Below are positions 55,145 to 64,000 of a DNA stretch of 64,000 bases, in pieces (the first letter of the stretch is position 1; each line of letters opens with the position of its first letter). This stretch comes from an uncultured virus (IMG/VR IMGVR_UViG_3300049170_000088). Lineage: Duplodnaviria > Heunggongvirae > Uroviricota > Caudoviricetes. The position numbers and the translations under genes were made by a program. The stretch lies in IMG/VR virus record IMGVR_UViG_3300049170_000088. One strand, 5' to 3'. A model generated the notes under the pieces. The model was not told the origin of the DNA. It searched no databases and saw only the letters and a list, made by a program, of their open reading frames with translations.

Positions 55145-55756
55145 CTACGCCGCGGCGGACAGGCTCCTGTCCACGCTCGCCGCAACGCCGGCGGTTCCGG
55201 GACCCTGGGCCGCGCGCATGCGCTCCTTGTCCCGCAGCTCCGCATTGCGGTGCTCGCACATCTGGTGCCACTGCGCGCGCACCGAGGCGCCGCCGGGCTC
55301 GATCCACCCGTACTGCTCGCCCGTGCGTACCACCTCCTCGATGTCGTAGCCCTCCAGGGCGCCGACAGCGACGGCAGCCTGCATGCCGTGCCCGGCCGCC
55401 TTCATGCGCCCGATCGTCTTGCGCTCGCGCCCGAGAAGCCTGGCCGCTTCTCGCGCCGTGCAGAAACGGTCGGGCACCTTGACGTACCAGTCGGGCGGCT
55501 CCTCATCCCGGCGCGGGCGTCCCACCCGGTCCGCGCGCGCCGGTCGGCCCCGCACGTCGATGCGGCCGGTCTCCTTGAGCCACCGCGTGATCCGCTTCTC
55601 CTCCCATCCCGGCTGGAAGCCGATGTAGATGTCCGGCCGCGGACACCAGGGACCGATCGCGATCTTGTCGAAGGTTCCCTTGGAGATGCCGACGCGGCGG
55701 TAGATGTCGTGGCCCGCCAGATAGCGGACCGGCTCATCTCTGCTGTCCTGGTTCAT
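55145..55756 (-). CDS. tandem AlpA/excisionase-like HTH protein
   Basis: Two units: YLAGHDIYRRVGIS..P.PD..GW and FCTAREAARLLG...GY. Confidence 0.6.
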   Translation of the reverse strand: MNQDSRDEPVRYLAGHDIYRRVGISKGTFDKIAIGPWCPRPDIYIGFQPGWEEKRITRWLKETGRIDVRGRPARADRVGRPRRDEEPPDWYVKVPDRFCTAREAARLLGRERKTIGRMKAAGHGMQAAVAVGALEGYDIEEVVRTGEQYGWIEPGGASVRAQWHQMCEHRNAELRDKERMRAAQGPGTAGVAASVDRSLSAAA

Positions 55757-56165
55757 GGGTCCTCGCTTCTTTGCTGCTCAGCGGGGTGCCACAAGCAAGG
55801 GTCCACTCTACTTCGAACGGCCTAACGCCACCCCGCAAGGTAGTTGCCGCCCGGCGTCTGGGGGTGTGTCCTAGTTATGTCATCTGCACTGTTCATACTG
55901 GTTTGGGGTAATCCATGGGAAGCGGCACCGCCCGACACGCCATGGACCAGGCCATGGGCCAGTGCTGGTGCCCGCTGCGCCACCGGCGACCCGCCGGACG
56001 CGGTGTGTCAGGGCAACGCGACTCCAAGCCACCCTCCACCCCCGAGGCCCCCAAGGAACCCACGCGGCTTCAGCGTCTCAAAGCGCTGCTGACGCGGGGC
56101 CAGAGGAAGTCGAAGGACAGTCCGCCTACCCAAGGCGCCCCCCAGGGTGCCGGAGGAGAGTCACC

Positions 56166-56309
56166 ATGATCGTCATGGCGCGTGGCCGCGGTGGCAACAT
56201 CGCGAACCTCAAGCGAGGCCGCAAGAAGAAGAAGTCCGGCAAGCGCAGCGGCGGCCGTCCGTTCGCCGCGTCCGGCAGCGCCTTCTCCTACAGCCCGCGT
56301 GGCCGGTAG
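56166..56309 (+). CDS. 47-aa highly basic peptide
   Basis: GGAGGAG RBS; ARGRGG..KRGRKKKKSGKR; high GC3. Confidence 0.45.
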   Translation: MIVMARGRGGNIANLKRGRKKKKSGKRSGGRPFAASGSAFSYSPRGR

Positions 56310-56312
56310 TAG

Positions 56313-56972
56313 ATGAGCCTGCACGGCATCTGGTCCGAGGGCTCCCGCCGCACCGGCGGGGGCCCTTCGGGCATGCCCTCCTTCCAGCCCAGGCGGTGGC
56401 CGCTCAAGCCGCGGGCCAAGGTTCCCCAGGAGGACCCCACCGACGCGCAGGACGAGGCCAACCCCGCCCTGGACCGTTCCTCCTCCGGCGGCGAGAGTTC
56501 CGGCACCCACGGCGAGGGCCGCGGCATCGACGGGCGCGACAACGACAACCCGTCCACCCAGGACATCACCGTGCGCCGCAACGACCACCACGGCGACGAC
56601 CACTCCGAGCCGCACCGCTCCAGCCGCAAGGATCTCGACAAGCGCCGCGGTGTGAAGGGCCTGCGCTCCCGCCGGCGCCGCGAGGCCGGAGGCGACCGCG
56701 AGGAGATGACGGCCGACCAGGAGGACGAACCCGCACCGCCGACCGCCTCCGTCCACACCGCCGCAGGGATCAGCATGAGCGACTTCGCGCCCACGTCCTT
56801 CCAGGCCGACAACGGCCCGCGCCCCCGGCTGCCCGGCACGACGCCGCTGCGCTACATCACCCCCTCCAAGCGCCCGCGCGCCGGGCTCGGCGCCTCCCGC
56901 TCGCGCAAGCTGCCCGGCCCCGAGCCGGTGAGCAGCCCACTGCCGTGTCCGGGGTGTCACAACCAGAGGTGA
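56313..56972 (+). CDS. low-complexity hypothetical protein
   Basis: High GC3; charged and probably disordered. Confidence 0.55.
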   Translation: MSLHGIWSEGSRRTGGGPSGMPSFQPRRWPLKPRAKVPQEDPTDAQDEANPALDRSSSGGESSGTHGEGRGIDGRDNDNPSTQDITVRRNDHHGDDHSEPHRSSRKDLDKRRGVKGLRSRRRREAGGDREEMTADQEDEPAPPTASVHTAAGISMSDFAPTSFQADNGPRPRLPGTTPLRYITPSKRPRAGLGASRSRKLPGPEPVSSPLPCPGCHNQR

Positions 56973-57042
56973 CAGGAGCTCAGCCGGCAGACTTCGGCGT
57001 GGCGCATCACAGTGACCGGAATGACCCAGTTTCATCCGGTTC

Positions 57043-58191
57043 ATGGCACCACGCCTCGGCTCACTCTGCTCCGGATACGGCGGCCTCGACATGGCCGTCT
57101 CCCACGTCTTCCATGCCCAAACGGTCTGGCACTGCGAGAACGCAGCCGCCCCGTCAGCGGTCCTCGCGCACCGCTTCCCCGGCATCCCCAACCTCGGCGA
57201 CCTGAAGGAAGCCGACTTCACCGACGTCGAACCCATCGACATCCTCGCCGCGGGCTTCCCCTGCCAGGACGTCTCCATCGCCGGACGCCGTGTCGGCATG
57301 CGCGAGGGCAACCGCTCCGGACTGTGGTCCCACGTCGTGCGCGCCATCGAGACCCTTCAACCGACCTGGGTGGTGATCGAGAATGTCCGCGGACTCCTCT
57401 CCCAGAGGGCCCATGGCGTGCTGGAACCCTGCACGCGGTGTCTGGGACACCAAAAGCCGGAACACCGGCTGCGGGCACTGGGAGCCGTACTCGGCGATCT
57501 GGCCCTGCTCGGGCTCGATGCGGAATGGCTGTGCCTACGCGCATCCGACGCCGGCGCGCCGCACCGGCGCGACCGCACCTTCATCCTGGCCCGCCGCGCC
57601 GCTTCTGAAGACCCCGACCTCGAACATTGGCTCCAATGGCGGGACTCAGCATCCGGACAAGCGCAAGCGCGGCGGCCATGGCCCGACCTTGGCGGACGAG
57701 GTGGAATGGGTGCTGCTGCCCACTCCGTCAGCCTCGAACCCCAACGACAGCGAGCCCCTGGAGAGCTGGGAGGCGCGCCGTCAGCGGAACCTGGCCAAGG
57801 GGATCAACGGGAACGGGCAGGGGACGCCGCTGGGTGTGGCTGTCCGGCTGCTGACGACCCCGGATGCGGCATCGTCTGGGGCAAGTACGAAGCCGTCATC
57901 CGCCGCTGGGAAGAGCTGATCGGGTACCCGGCACCGTGCCCGATCGGCTGGGTGAAGACGGGACGCCGGATCACACCGGAGTTCGTGGAGTGGATGATGG
58001 GCCTGCCCCCCGCATTCGTCACCGGCGTCCCCGGCATCTCCCGCACCCGGCAGTTCACCGTACTCGGCAACGGCGTCGTGCCCCAGCAGGCGGTGATGGC
58101 CCTGTCCATCCTGCGCGAGCGCTTCTCCCGCGAGGAGCAATGTGCCGAGGAGGCCGTGCAGCTCCTCCTGGACCTCAACATGGCTTCCTGA
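57043..58191 (+). CDS. DNA (cytosine-5) methyltransferase
   Basis: SLCSGYGG (I), GFPCQ (IV), ENV (VI), HRRDR (VIII), EWMMGLP (IX), LGNGV (X). Confidence 0.92.
   Translation: MAPRLGSLCSGYGGLDMAVSHVFHAQTVWHCENAAAPSAVLAHRFPGIPNLGDLKEADFTDVEPIDILAAGFPCQDVSIAGRRVGMREGNRSGLWSHVVRAIETLQPTWVVIENVRGLLSQRAHGVLEPCTRCLGHQKPEHRLRALGAVLGDLALLGLDAEWLCLRASDAGAPHRRDRTFILARRAASEDPDLEHWLQWRDSASGQAQARRPWPDLGGRGGMGAAAHSVSLEPQRQRAPGELGGAPSAEPGQGDQRERAGDAAGCGCPAADDPGCGIVWGKYEAVIRRWEELIGYPAPCPIGWVKTGRRITPEFVEWMMGLPPAFVTGVPGISRTRQFTVLGNGVVPQQAVMALSILRERFSREEQCAEEAVQLLLDLNMAS
57383..57919 (+). CDS. overprinted alternative-frame ORF inside the methyltransferase
   Basis: WPCSGSMRNG and three LL(K/P/T)TP repeats; GC3 bias moves to this frame at about 57600-57860. 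Confidence 0.6.
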   Translation: MSADSSPRGPMACWNPARGVWDTKSRNTGCGHWEPYSAIWPCSGSMRNGCAYAHPTPARRTGATAPSSWPAAPLLKTPTSNIGSNGGTQHPDKRKRGGHGPTLADEVEWVLLPTPSASNPNDSEPLESWEARRQRNLAKGINGNGQGTPLGVAVRLLTTPDAASSGASTKPSSAAGKS

Positions 58192-58200
58192 CCAGGGCGT

Positions 58201-58235
58201 TAAAAAGGGCCGTGAAGAAATCACGGCCCTTTTTA
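58201..58235. terminator. bidirectional intrinsic terminator
   Basis: TAAAAAGGGCCGTGA / TCACGGCCCTTTTTA. Confidence 0.85.
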
Positions 58236-58273
58236 AGGTCTGGCAGCGCCTGCCATTTCCGGCGCACCCACGG

Positions 58274-58546
58274 TCAGTACAGGTTGCGCTGGGCGTTCCA
58301 CCGGGAGATGTACCAGGCGTAGACCGCGTTGCCGATTCCGGCGGTCAACAGCAGCAGCCAGAAGTGCGCCCAGAAGGACTGGCGGCGCTTGCCGCGCACC
58401 CCCCACCCGGCCGCCGCGGAGGCGGAGGAGGAGGCGGAGTTGTTGATGATGATGGGCGGCACCGCGTAGCCCGCGGGCTGCGGCGGCAGGTGGTACTGGC
58501 CCTGCTGGGCGTGGTGCTGGTCGTACGGGCCCGGCGGCGTGGACAT
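58274..58546 (-). CDS. small membrane protein
   Basis: AAGGAG RBS; HFWLLLLTAGIGNAVY. Confidence 0.65.
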   Translation of the reverse strand: MSTPPGPYDQHHAQQGQYHLPPQPAGYAVPPIIINNSASSSASAAAGWGVRGKRRQSFWAHFWLLLLTAGIGNAVYAWYISRWNAQRNLY

Positions 58547-59154
58547 CGGATGCTCCTTCGTGAGCGGGAGTTCGGCAGAAGGGCACAGGCCCCGCTCTAC
58601 GGTTGCAGAGCGGGGCCTGGGATGGAGGTCTATCAGACAGGTTCGCCGACCGCGCGGCGCACCTTGAAGTGGGCGCTCAGTTCGTTCCAGTCGACTCCTT
58701 CGGCGGCCGGGTAGCCGTAGTGGGCGCAGGCGCCGGTGAGGGTGGTGGGAAGGATCAGCCGGGTGCGGCCGGTGGGCTCCGGCGGGCGCCGCCGCAGCAA
58801 GCGGGTTATTGCGGTACGCATGGTATGCCCTTTCCGGCCGGGTTCTCCGGCGACCGATCACGGTGGTTGTAAGGGGTTAGAAGAGAGTGAGGGGTCCGGC
58901 GTCGTCCTCGGAACCGTCACGCACTGTACGGGACTGTGCTGCCCACCCGTCAAGGCACGAAACCCGGTATACCTCGTCCAGGTCGGACAGGTACGCCTCC
59001 ACCCCGGGGATGACCAGGTCGTCTTCCTGCTCCTCGTGAGACACATCACTGGCCACCGTCACCACTCCTTCCGCCGGCGAAAAGGGACACGGGACCGGCC
59101 CCCATGGGCCCGGCCCCGTGTCCAGAAGAACGCCTGGCGTGTGCGGATACGTCA

Positions 59155-60162
59155 TCAGGCGCGCGGTACATCGCTCTTCTTGACGCCGGTCAGGTTGCGG
59201 CCATTGACCTTCACCTGGCCCACCTTGATCTGCCGGTACACCAGGGCATCGGCGAAGTCCGAGGACTTCGTCTGCGGCGTGACCAACTGCGGGGCGTCCT
59301 TCTTCTCCCGGGCCGCCTTCAGCAGGTCGGCCAGGTGGATGCCGTTCTTGTCGCCGATCTGCTCCAGCACCCAGCCCCACACGTAGCGGTCCACGTCCTC
59401 CTTCGTCCACGCAACCGGCTCGTCTCCCTCCTCCGGCTCCTCCTCGACCGGCTCCTTCTCCAGGGAGATCTTCGGCCTCGCCTCGTCGTCCTTGCCCTGC
59501 TCGCCCTTCTCCTTGGCCAGGAACTCCGCGACGTCTTCGGGATCGAGCCCGTAGCGGGCGGCCTTGGCGACCAGGCGCTTGCGCTCCGCGTTCTTGGACT
59601 TCTTGGCCTTGGCGATCTTGCGGAGCCGGGCGTCGTCGCGGGCGTCGTCCGCGAACATCCAGGAGGCGACGATGAGGCCGCAGCCGACCATGGGGACGAT
59701 GAACTCCTTGCCCGGTTGAAGGGCGAAGTACGCCGTGCCCACGGTCGGACCGATGACGAGGGCGGCCCGGATACCGAGCTTGGCCAGGCCACCCTCCTCC
59801 TTCACATCGGGCGCGGTGATCCAGTAGTAGGCCAGACGCGGCAGGTACTTGGTGGAGACGGCGAGGTCTTCCACGGTCTCGATGATGAAGCGGCGGATCT
59901 CCAGGGGGCCGATGATCTCGCGCCACTGTTCGCCGATCCAGTACCAGGTGCGGTGCAGGAGGCCCGGCTCCTCCTCCTGGTCCTCCTCGTCCTCCTGGTC
60001 CTCCTCGACCGGCGCGTCCTCCGGCTGGTCCTGGTCCTCGTCCTGGTCGGGCGCCTCGGGCTCCGGCTCGCTCTTGACCAGCAGCAGGCGGGGGCCTTCG
60101 GGCTCGGGGGGCTCATCCTCCGGCGGGAGGGCTAGGGGCTTCTCGGGTTCAGCGGTGCTCAC
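59155..60162 (-). CDS. membrane protein with acidic N-terminus (transfer/spread cluster)
   Basis: GTG at 60162 with GAGGA RBS; two TM segments. Confidence 0.65.
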   Translation of the reverse strand: MSTAEPEKPLALPPEDEPPEPEGPRLLLVKSEPEPEAPDQDEDQDQPEDAPVEEDQEDEEDQEEEPGLLHRTWYWIGEQWREIIGPLEIRRFIIETVEDLAVSTKYLPRLAYYWITAPDVKEEGGLAKLGIRAALVIGPTVGTAYFALQPGKEFIVPMVGCGLIVASWMFADDARDDARLRKIAKAKKSKNAERKRLVAKAARYGLDPEDVAEFLAKEKGEQGKDDEARPKISLEKEPVEEEPEEGDEPVAWTKEDVDRYVWGWVLEQIGDKNGIHLADLLKAAREKKDAPQLVTPQTKSSDFADALVYRQIKVGQVKVNGRNLTGVKKSDVPRA

Positions 60163-60173
60163 GGCCGTTCCTC

Positions 60174-60653
60174 TCAGGAGAAGCGCTGGACGATGTGGTT
60201 GGAGAGGTCGGTGAGGCCCACGAAGAGGCTTCCGTCGGCGGCCGACCAGGCGCTGTAACCGAGGAAGCCCCACAGGATGCGCTGCATGGGCTTGAGCTTG
60301 AACAGCCACAGGATGAGACCGATGCCCACGCCGATAGCGGCCGGAGTCGCCTCGCCCATGCCGAGGTTGTTGACCATGCCGGTGAGGTCCAGGGCCAGTT
60401 TCTGGAGGTCCGTCAGGAAGCCTCCGGCGGCGGCGAAGGAGGCGGCCATGATGACGCCGACGACCACCAGAATCCACGGCTTGCCATCGGCCTTACCGGA
60501 CTTCTTCAGGCCCATGGCCAGGATCATCATGATCAGCGCGGTGCCCCCGGCGCCGAAGCGGCCGACGGCGCTCAGGCCGCCGCCCTCGGCGGCCAGGACG
60601 GTGAACTGTGCGTCGTGCAGGAACATCGCGGCGTCGGCGGCGGAGATACGCAT
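60174..60653 (-). CDS. multi-TM membrane protein
   Basis: ATG at 60653; about four Gly-rich TM helices. Confidence 0.7.
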   Translation of the reverse strand: MRISAADAAMFLHDAQFTVLAAEGGGLSAVGRFGAGGTALIMMILAMGLKKSGKADGKPWILVVVGVIMAASFAAAGGFLTDLQKLALDLTGMVNNLGMGEATPAAIGVGIGLILWLFKLKPMQRILWGFLGYSAWSAADGSLFVGLTDLSNHIVQRFS

Positions 60654-60697
60654 GGCGGTGCCTTTCAAGGGAATTCGAGCAGGCGGAAAGGGGGGTC

Positions 60698-61798
60698 TCA
60701 GGGGGTCATGAAGAGCAGTTCGGCGACGCCGAGGGTGCCGGTCACGGCGCAGGTGGCCCAGTGGAAGATGTGACCCTGGGGGGTGTGGGCGTAGGCCTCG
60801 GTGCGCCGGTCGATGAGGTACCAGGACGTGGTGGTGGCCGTGATGCCGACCAGATGCGGCATCCAGTACGTCATGTCCAGGCCCTTGGATTGGAGGTAGC
60901 CGACCAGGGCGTAGCCCCAGGGCAGTGCGAAGTAGCCGCCGACGGCCGTTGCGAGGACGCGGAAGGGCACGTAGTTGCCGAAGATGGCGTTCCAGGCGTT
61001 GTCCACGAAGTCCGTCAGGTGGCCGACGACGGGGACGACGCTCAGGATGCGTCCGAAGCCGGAGAAGAGCTGTCCGACGGCGGCGAAACCGGGCTGGAGG
61101 ATGTGCTGGAGTTTCCCGAGCAGCTTCCATGCGCCGAATGCGCCGGCGAAGGTGGCGATCCAACTTGCGGCGTCGCTGGGCGAGTTGTGGGCGTAGACCA
61201 GCATGTTGGTGGCGTAGTCGTCGGCTCCCACGGCCCACCCGATGGCGGCTCCGGTGCCGTATTTGGCGGCCAGGAGACGGCGGTGGCGGACCTGTTCGTC
61301 CTCCCGCATGAGCTGTATCTGGCGCTTGACGCGGTCGACGAAGCCCTGGGTGTCCTTGTCCTCGTCGGCCGGGGCCTCTTTGGCGGCGTCGGTGGGCTGC
61401 GGTCCGCCGTGGGGCTGTGTGACGAAGACGACCGGGCCTTCGGCGTCCTTGATCAGGTCGGCGATTTCCGGACTGATTTTCGGCTGGGAAGCATCGGGTG
61501 CGACGGTGTCGGTCTTCTCGCCGGGGCGCTTGCGCCAGAACTCCGGGTCCCACTTCTTGGGCTCGGGGGTGTCCGTGCCGGTGTCCTCGGGAGCGGCCTT
61601 CTGGCCTGCGATTTCAGGCTTGTTGGGGGCCTTTTCGACCGTGCCGGTGTCCGCCGCGGTCTCCGCGCGAGAGTCCGGCTCGTCCGGCTCGGCGGCCTTG
61701 GGCTGCTCGGTTCCGGTGGTGTCGGGGAAGGTGAGAAAAGGACCGGGAGGCCACACACGCGTGCGTGTGTGGGTGTCATCGGACATGATGGGCAGCAC
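60698..61798 (-). CDS. membrane protein
   Basis: Pro/Glu-rich N-terminus and multi-TM C-terminus. Confidence 0.7.
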   Translation of the reverse strand: MLPIMSDDTHTRTRVWPPGPFLTFPDTTGTEQPKAAEPDEPDSRAETAADTGTVEKAPNKPEIAGQKAAPEDTGTDTPEPKKWDPEFWRKRPGEKTDTVAPDASQPKISPEIADLIKDAEGPVVFVTQPHGGPQPTDAAKEAPADEDKDTQGFVDRVKRQIQLMREDEQVRHRRLLAAKYGTGAAIGWAVGADDYATNMLVYAHNSPSDAASWIATFAGAFGAWKLLGKLQHILQPGFAAVGQLFSGFGRILSVVPVVGHLTDFVDNAWNAIFGNYVPFRVLATAVGGYFALPWGYALVGYLQSKGLDMTYWMPHLVGITATTTSWYLIDRRTEAYAHTPQGHIFHWATCAVTGTLGVAELLFMTP

Positions 61799-62010
61799 TC
61801 CTTGCGTTCATGGCGGGGAGAGGGAGCCCTCGGTGGTACCGGCCAGGAACTGACCGAGGGCTCTCGCATGTCTTGAGGTTGTTGGGCTTCACGAGCGTAT
61901 AGAGAGCAACCGCTCGCCTTCGTGCGTTTCGAACAAAGCGCTATTGAGGGGCCCAGGGTAAGGACTTCCGGGCCGGACTATAAAGTATCACGGACTGTAT
62001 GGTCGATGTA

Positions 62011-63681
62011 CTAGTTGCCGTTGACGGCGCGCAGCCGACGGCCGCCCTCGGGCTTCTTCGTGGTCTCGGCCTTCACTTCCTTGATCCGGTCCTGCGCCCA
62101 CCGCACGGACTTGCCGAACTGCTTGCCCAGCGACTCCGATTCGACCGGCTTCCCGGCCGCCACGGACTCCCGGTACACCTGGCGGGCGTCCTCCTGGATC
62201 TTCTGCTGGAGCTTGCGGCCCGTCAGCTCCCCCTCCGCGGGGTCCTCGCCGGTCTCCGGCTCGTCGACCGGCTCGTCGACCGGCTCGGGCTCGGGCTCGG
62301 GCTCGGCGGTGCTTGCGCCGGCGGAAGCGGGCTCCTTGACCGGCTCCTCAGCCACCACGGGCTCCTTGAGCGGCGCCGGGTGCGGGCGCGCGGGCTCCGC
62401 GTGCGGGCCCGGCGATCCGGACGGAGGTTGCGGGTCGGGATCGGGGTCCGGCTCGGGCTTCTCGGGCGCCCTCGGCTTGAGCAGGGAGACGGTAGGCGTG
62501 TCGTCCGTACGCGGGTACTCCTCGCCGCCGTGCTTGCGCGGGTCGTCCAGAGCGGGGTCTATCTCGGCGAACGCCACTGCCTTCCCACCCGGCGCCGCCG
62601 CGGAGGAGGCGGCGTTGCGGGCGCGCAGCCGGGCCGCCATGTCCTGAAGGCTCGTTTCCGGTGCGGGCTGGGCCGTCGGGAGGACCGGCGCGGACTGCCG
62701 GGGCACGATGGGGAGTTCGGGGGCGGTGGCGGCCCGCATGACGCCCTCGCGGACCACCGTGCGGGTCTGCATGGCCAGGGCGTGCGCTTCGGGGTCAAGC
62801 AGTTCGGTGGTGTTCCAGACCTCGGGCAGCATCATGGAGGAGAGCTGGCGGGCCTGGCGGCGCTCGGCGAGGCGGGTCGTCAGCTCGCGGCGCCGCTTCA
62901 GGTCTCCGCCGCAGCCAAGCGAGGCGTACTTGGAGGCCTTCTTGTGCTTCTTGGCGATCTGCCGCTTGTCCCAGCGGCCGGGGGTGCCCTCTTCCAGGAA
63001 CTCCAGCTCGGCGTAGAGGTCGACGGCCTTGTTCAGGTTGCGGTCCCTGACGATCTCCAGGGCCGTCTTGTTGCGCTCGGCGAGGCCCATGGACGCGAAG
63101 ATCCGGGTGCGGGCCTCGCGGGCGAGCTGCGCGAACATGGAGTTGTTCTCGGCGTCGGCGTCTTTGTGCTTCAGCTCGATGTCGAGCATGAGGTGCCACA
63201 TCAGCATGGCCATGACGGGGCCGAAGAAGGCGCGTACGACGCCGATCCAGAAGGAGTCGGAGACCTCGAAGGCGGGGATGACCTGCACGCCGACGACCAC
63301 TTTGACCAGGGTTCCGGGCACGCCGGGGGTCTTGGCCGCGCTGTTGAGGTTCTGGCGGGCCATGAACACCAGGGCGAGCACGCCCAGTTCGGCGACGCCG
63401 AAGAGGATGCCCCGCTCCCAGTTGTCGGTCATGCCCATCTTCCCGGCGAAGCGCCAGGAGGAGTCGGCGGAGAAGAGGGTGAAGCCGAGCGCCGCGGCGA
63501 AGCCGAGCGCGACGGCGATGGAGACCTTGCCGTGGAGGAAGGCCACGGTCTTCTTGACGCTCTTGAAGAGCCACTTGGTTGCCGGGACGACGACCAGGGC
63601 GACGGCGAGGAGGAGCAGAAGGATGATGACCGCGACCGTGGGAGTCGGCGGCGACTCGGGAAGGTGGTCGAGCGGGTTCAT
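62011..63681 (-). CDS. Spd-like plasmid spread/transfer membrane protein
   Basis: N-terminal TMs (SADSSWRFA..FGVAEL..PG.PG.LV), Pro/Glu linker, C-terminal HTH-like ESLGKQFGKSVRWAQDRI. Confidence 0.6.
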   Translation of the reverse strand: MNPLDHLPESPPTPTVAVIILLLLLAVALVVVPATKWLFKSVKKTVAFLHGKVSIAVALGFAAALGFTLFSADSSWRFAGKMGMTDNWERGILFGVAELGVLALVFMARQNLNSAAKTPGVPGTLVKVVVGVQVIPAFEVSDSFWIGVVRAFFGPVMAMLMWHLMLDIELKHKDADAENNSMFAQLAREARTRIFASMGLAERNKTALEIVRDRNLNKAVDLYAELEFLEEGTPGRWDKRQIAKKHKKASKYASLGCGGDLKRRRELTTRLAERRQARQLSSMMLPEVWNTTELLDPEAHALAMQTRTVVREGVMRAATAPELPIVPRQSAPVLPTAQPAPETSLQDMAARLRARNAASSAAAPGGKAVAFAEIDPALDDPRKHGGEEYPRTDDTPTVSLLKPRAPEKPEPDPDPDPQPPSGSPGPHAEPARPHPAPLKEPVVAEEPVKEPASAGASTAEPEPEPEPVDEPVDEPETGEDPAEGELTGRKLQQKIQEDARQVYRESVAAGKPVESESLGKQFGKSVRWAQDRIKEVKAETTKKPEGGRRLRAVNGN

Positions 63682-63733
63682 GAGGCTGGGGCTTCCTATT
63701 CGGTGGCGGCCGAGTAGCCCTGCGGGAGAGTTT

Positions 63734-63976
63734 TCATCCTCCCGAGTTGGTGACGGCTACGGGGCAGATTTCGAGCAGCGGGCAGGTGGCGCAGATGACC
63801 ACCGCGTCGGCGCGGTCCTGCGGGTCAGGACGCAGCGATGCGGCGAGGCGGCCGTAGAGATCGGCGTAGGGGATACAGGCCGCGATCCCCTGGTCGGTGG
63901 GCAGTGTGCGCGCCGCGTGGAGCATTTGGAGCTTGCGGGCGGATTCTGCCGTTACCTTCTGGGGGTGAAGGGCCAT
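63734..63976 (-). CDS. WhiB-like protein, truncated
   Basis: AAC...AVVICATCPLLEIC gives C-Xn-C-X2-C-X5-C; GVWGG turn missing. Confidence 0.55.
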   Translation of the reverse strand: MALHPQKVTAESARKLQMLHAARTLPTDQGIAACIPYADLYGRLAASLRPDPQDRADAVVICATCPLLEICPVAVTNSGG

Positions 63977-64000
63977 GGGGTGCTCCGCTTGATCTCATGG

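Noticed and set aside
61957..61970. GGTAAGGACTTCCG resembling the inverted-repeat arm at 3486
   Set aside because: Short, gapped match with no partner arm; compatible with chance.

Overview
High-GC window with actinomycete (Streptomyces-like) codon usage. It reads as part of a large mobile element, probably a plasmid or phage-plasmid, and I found no housekeeping genes, rRNA or tRNA. From 1 to 22 kb: small accessory genes, three glycosyltransferases plus a SAM methyltransferase, parA with an atypical partner gene, one intact and two degenerate tyrosine recombinases, a GIY-YIG nuclease and a Phd/RelE-like module. From 23 to 55 kb: a siphovirus-type virion module (portal with a mini-intein, protease, major capsid, decoration protein, tail tube, adaptor, terminator, chaperones, tape measure, hub, distal tail, neck). 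The module is rearranged, very Cys-rich and partly duplicated, and no terminase or lysin is visible in the window. The duplicated tail tube is fused to PKD domains, a TagC/receptor-binding-like propeller and a poly-gamma-glutamate hydrolase. From 57 to 64 kb: a dual-frame C5 DNA methyltransferase, a cluster of Spd-like membrane proteins and a truncated WhiB-like gene. Non-coding highlights are two solitary type I-E CRISPR-repeat-like RNA units at 1.6-2.3 kb and an 18-bp palindrome that occurs twice (candidate centromere). All family assignments are motif recognition by eye; no searches were run.
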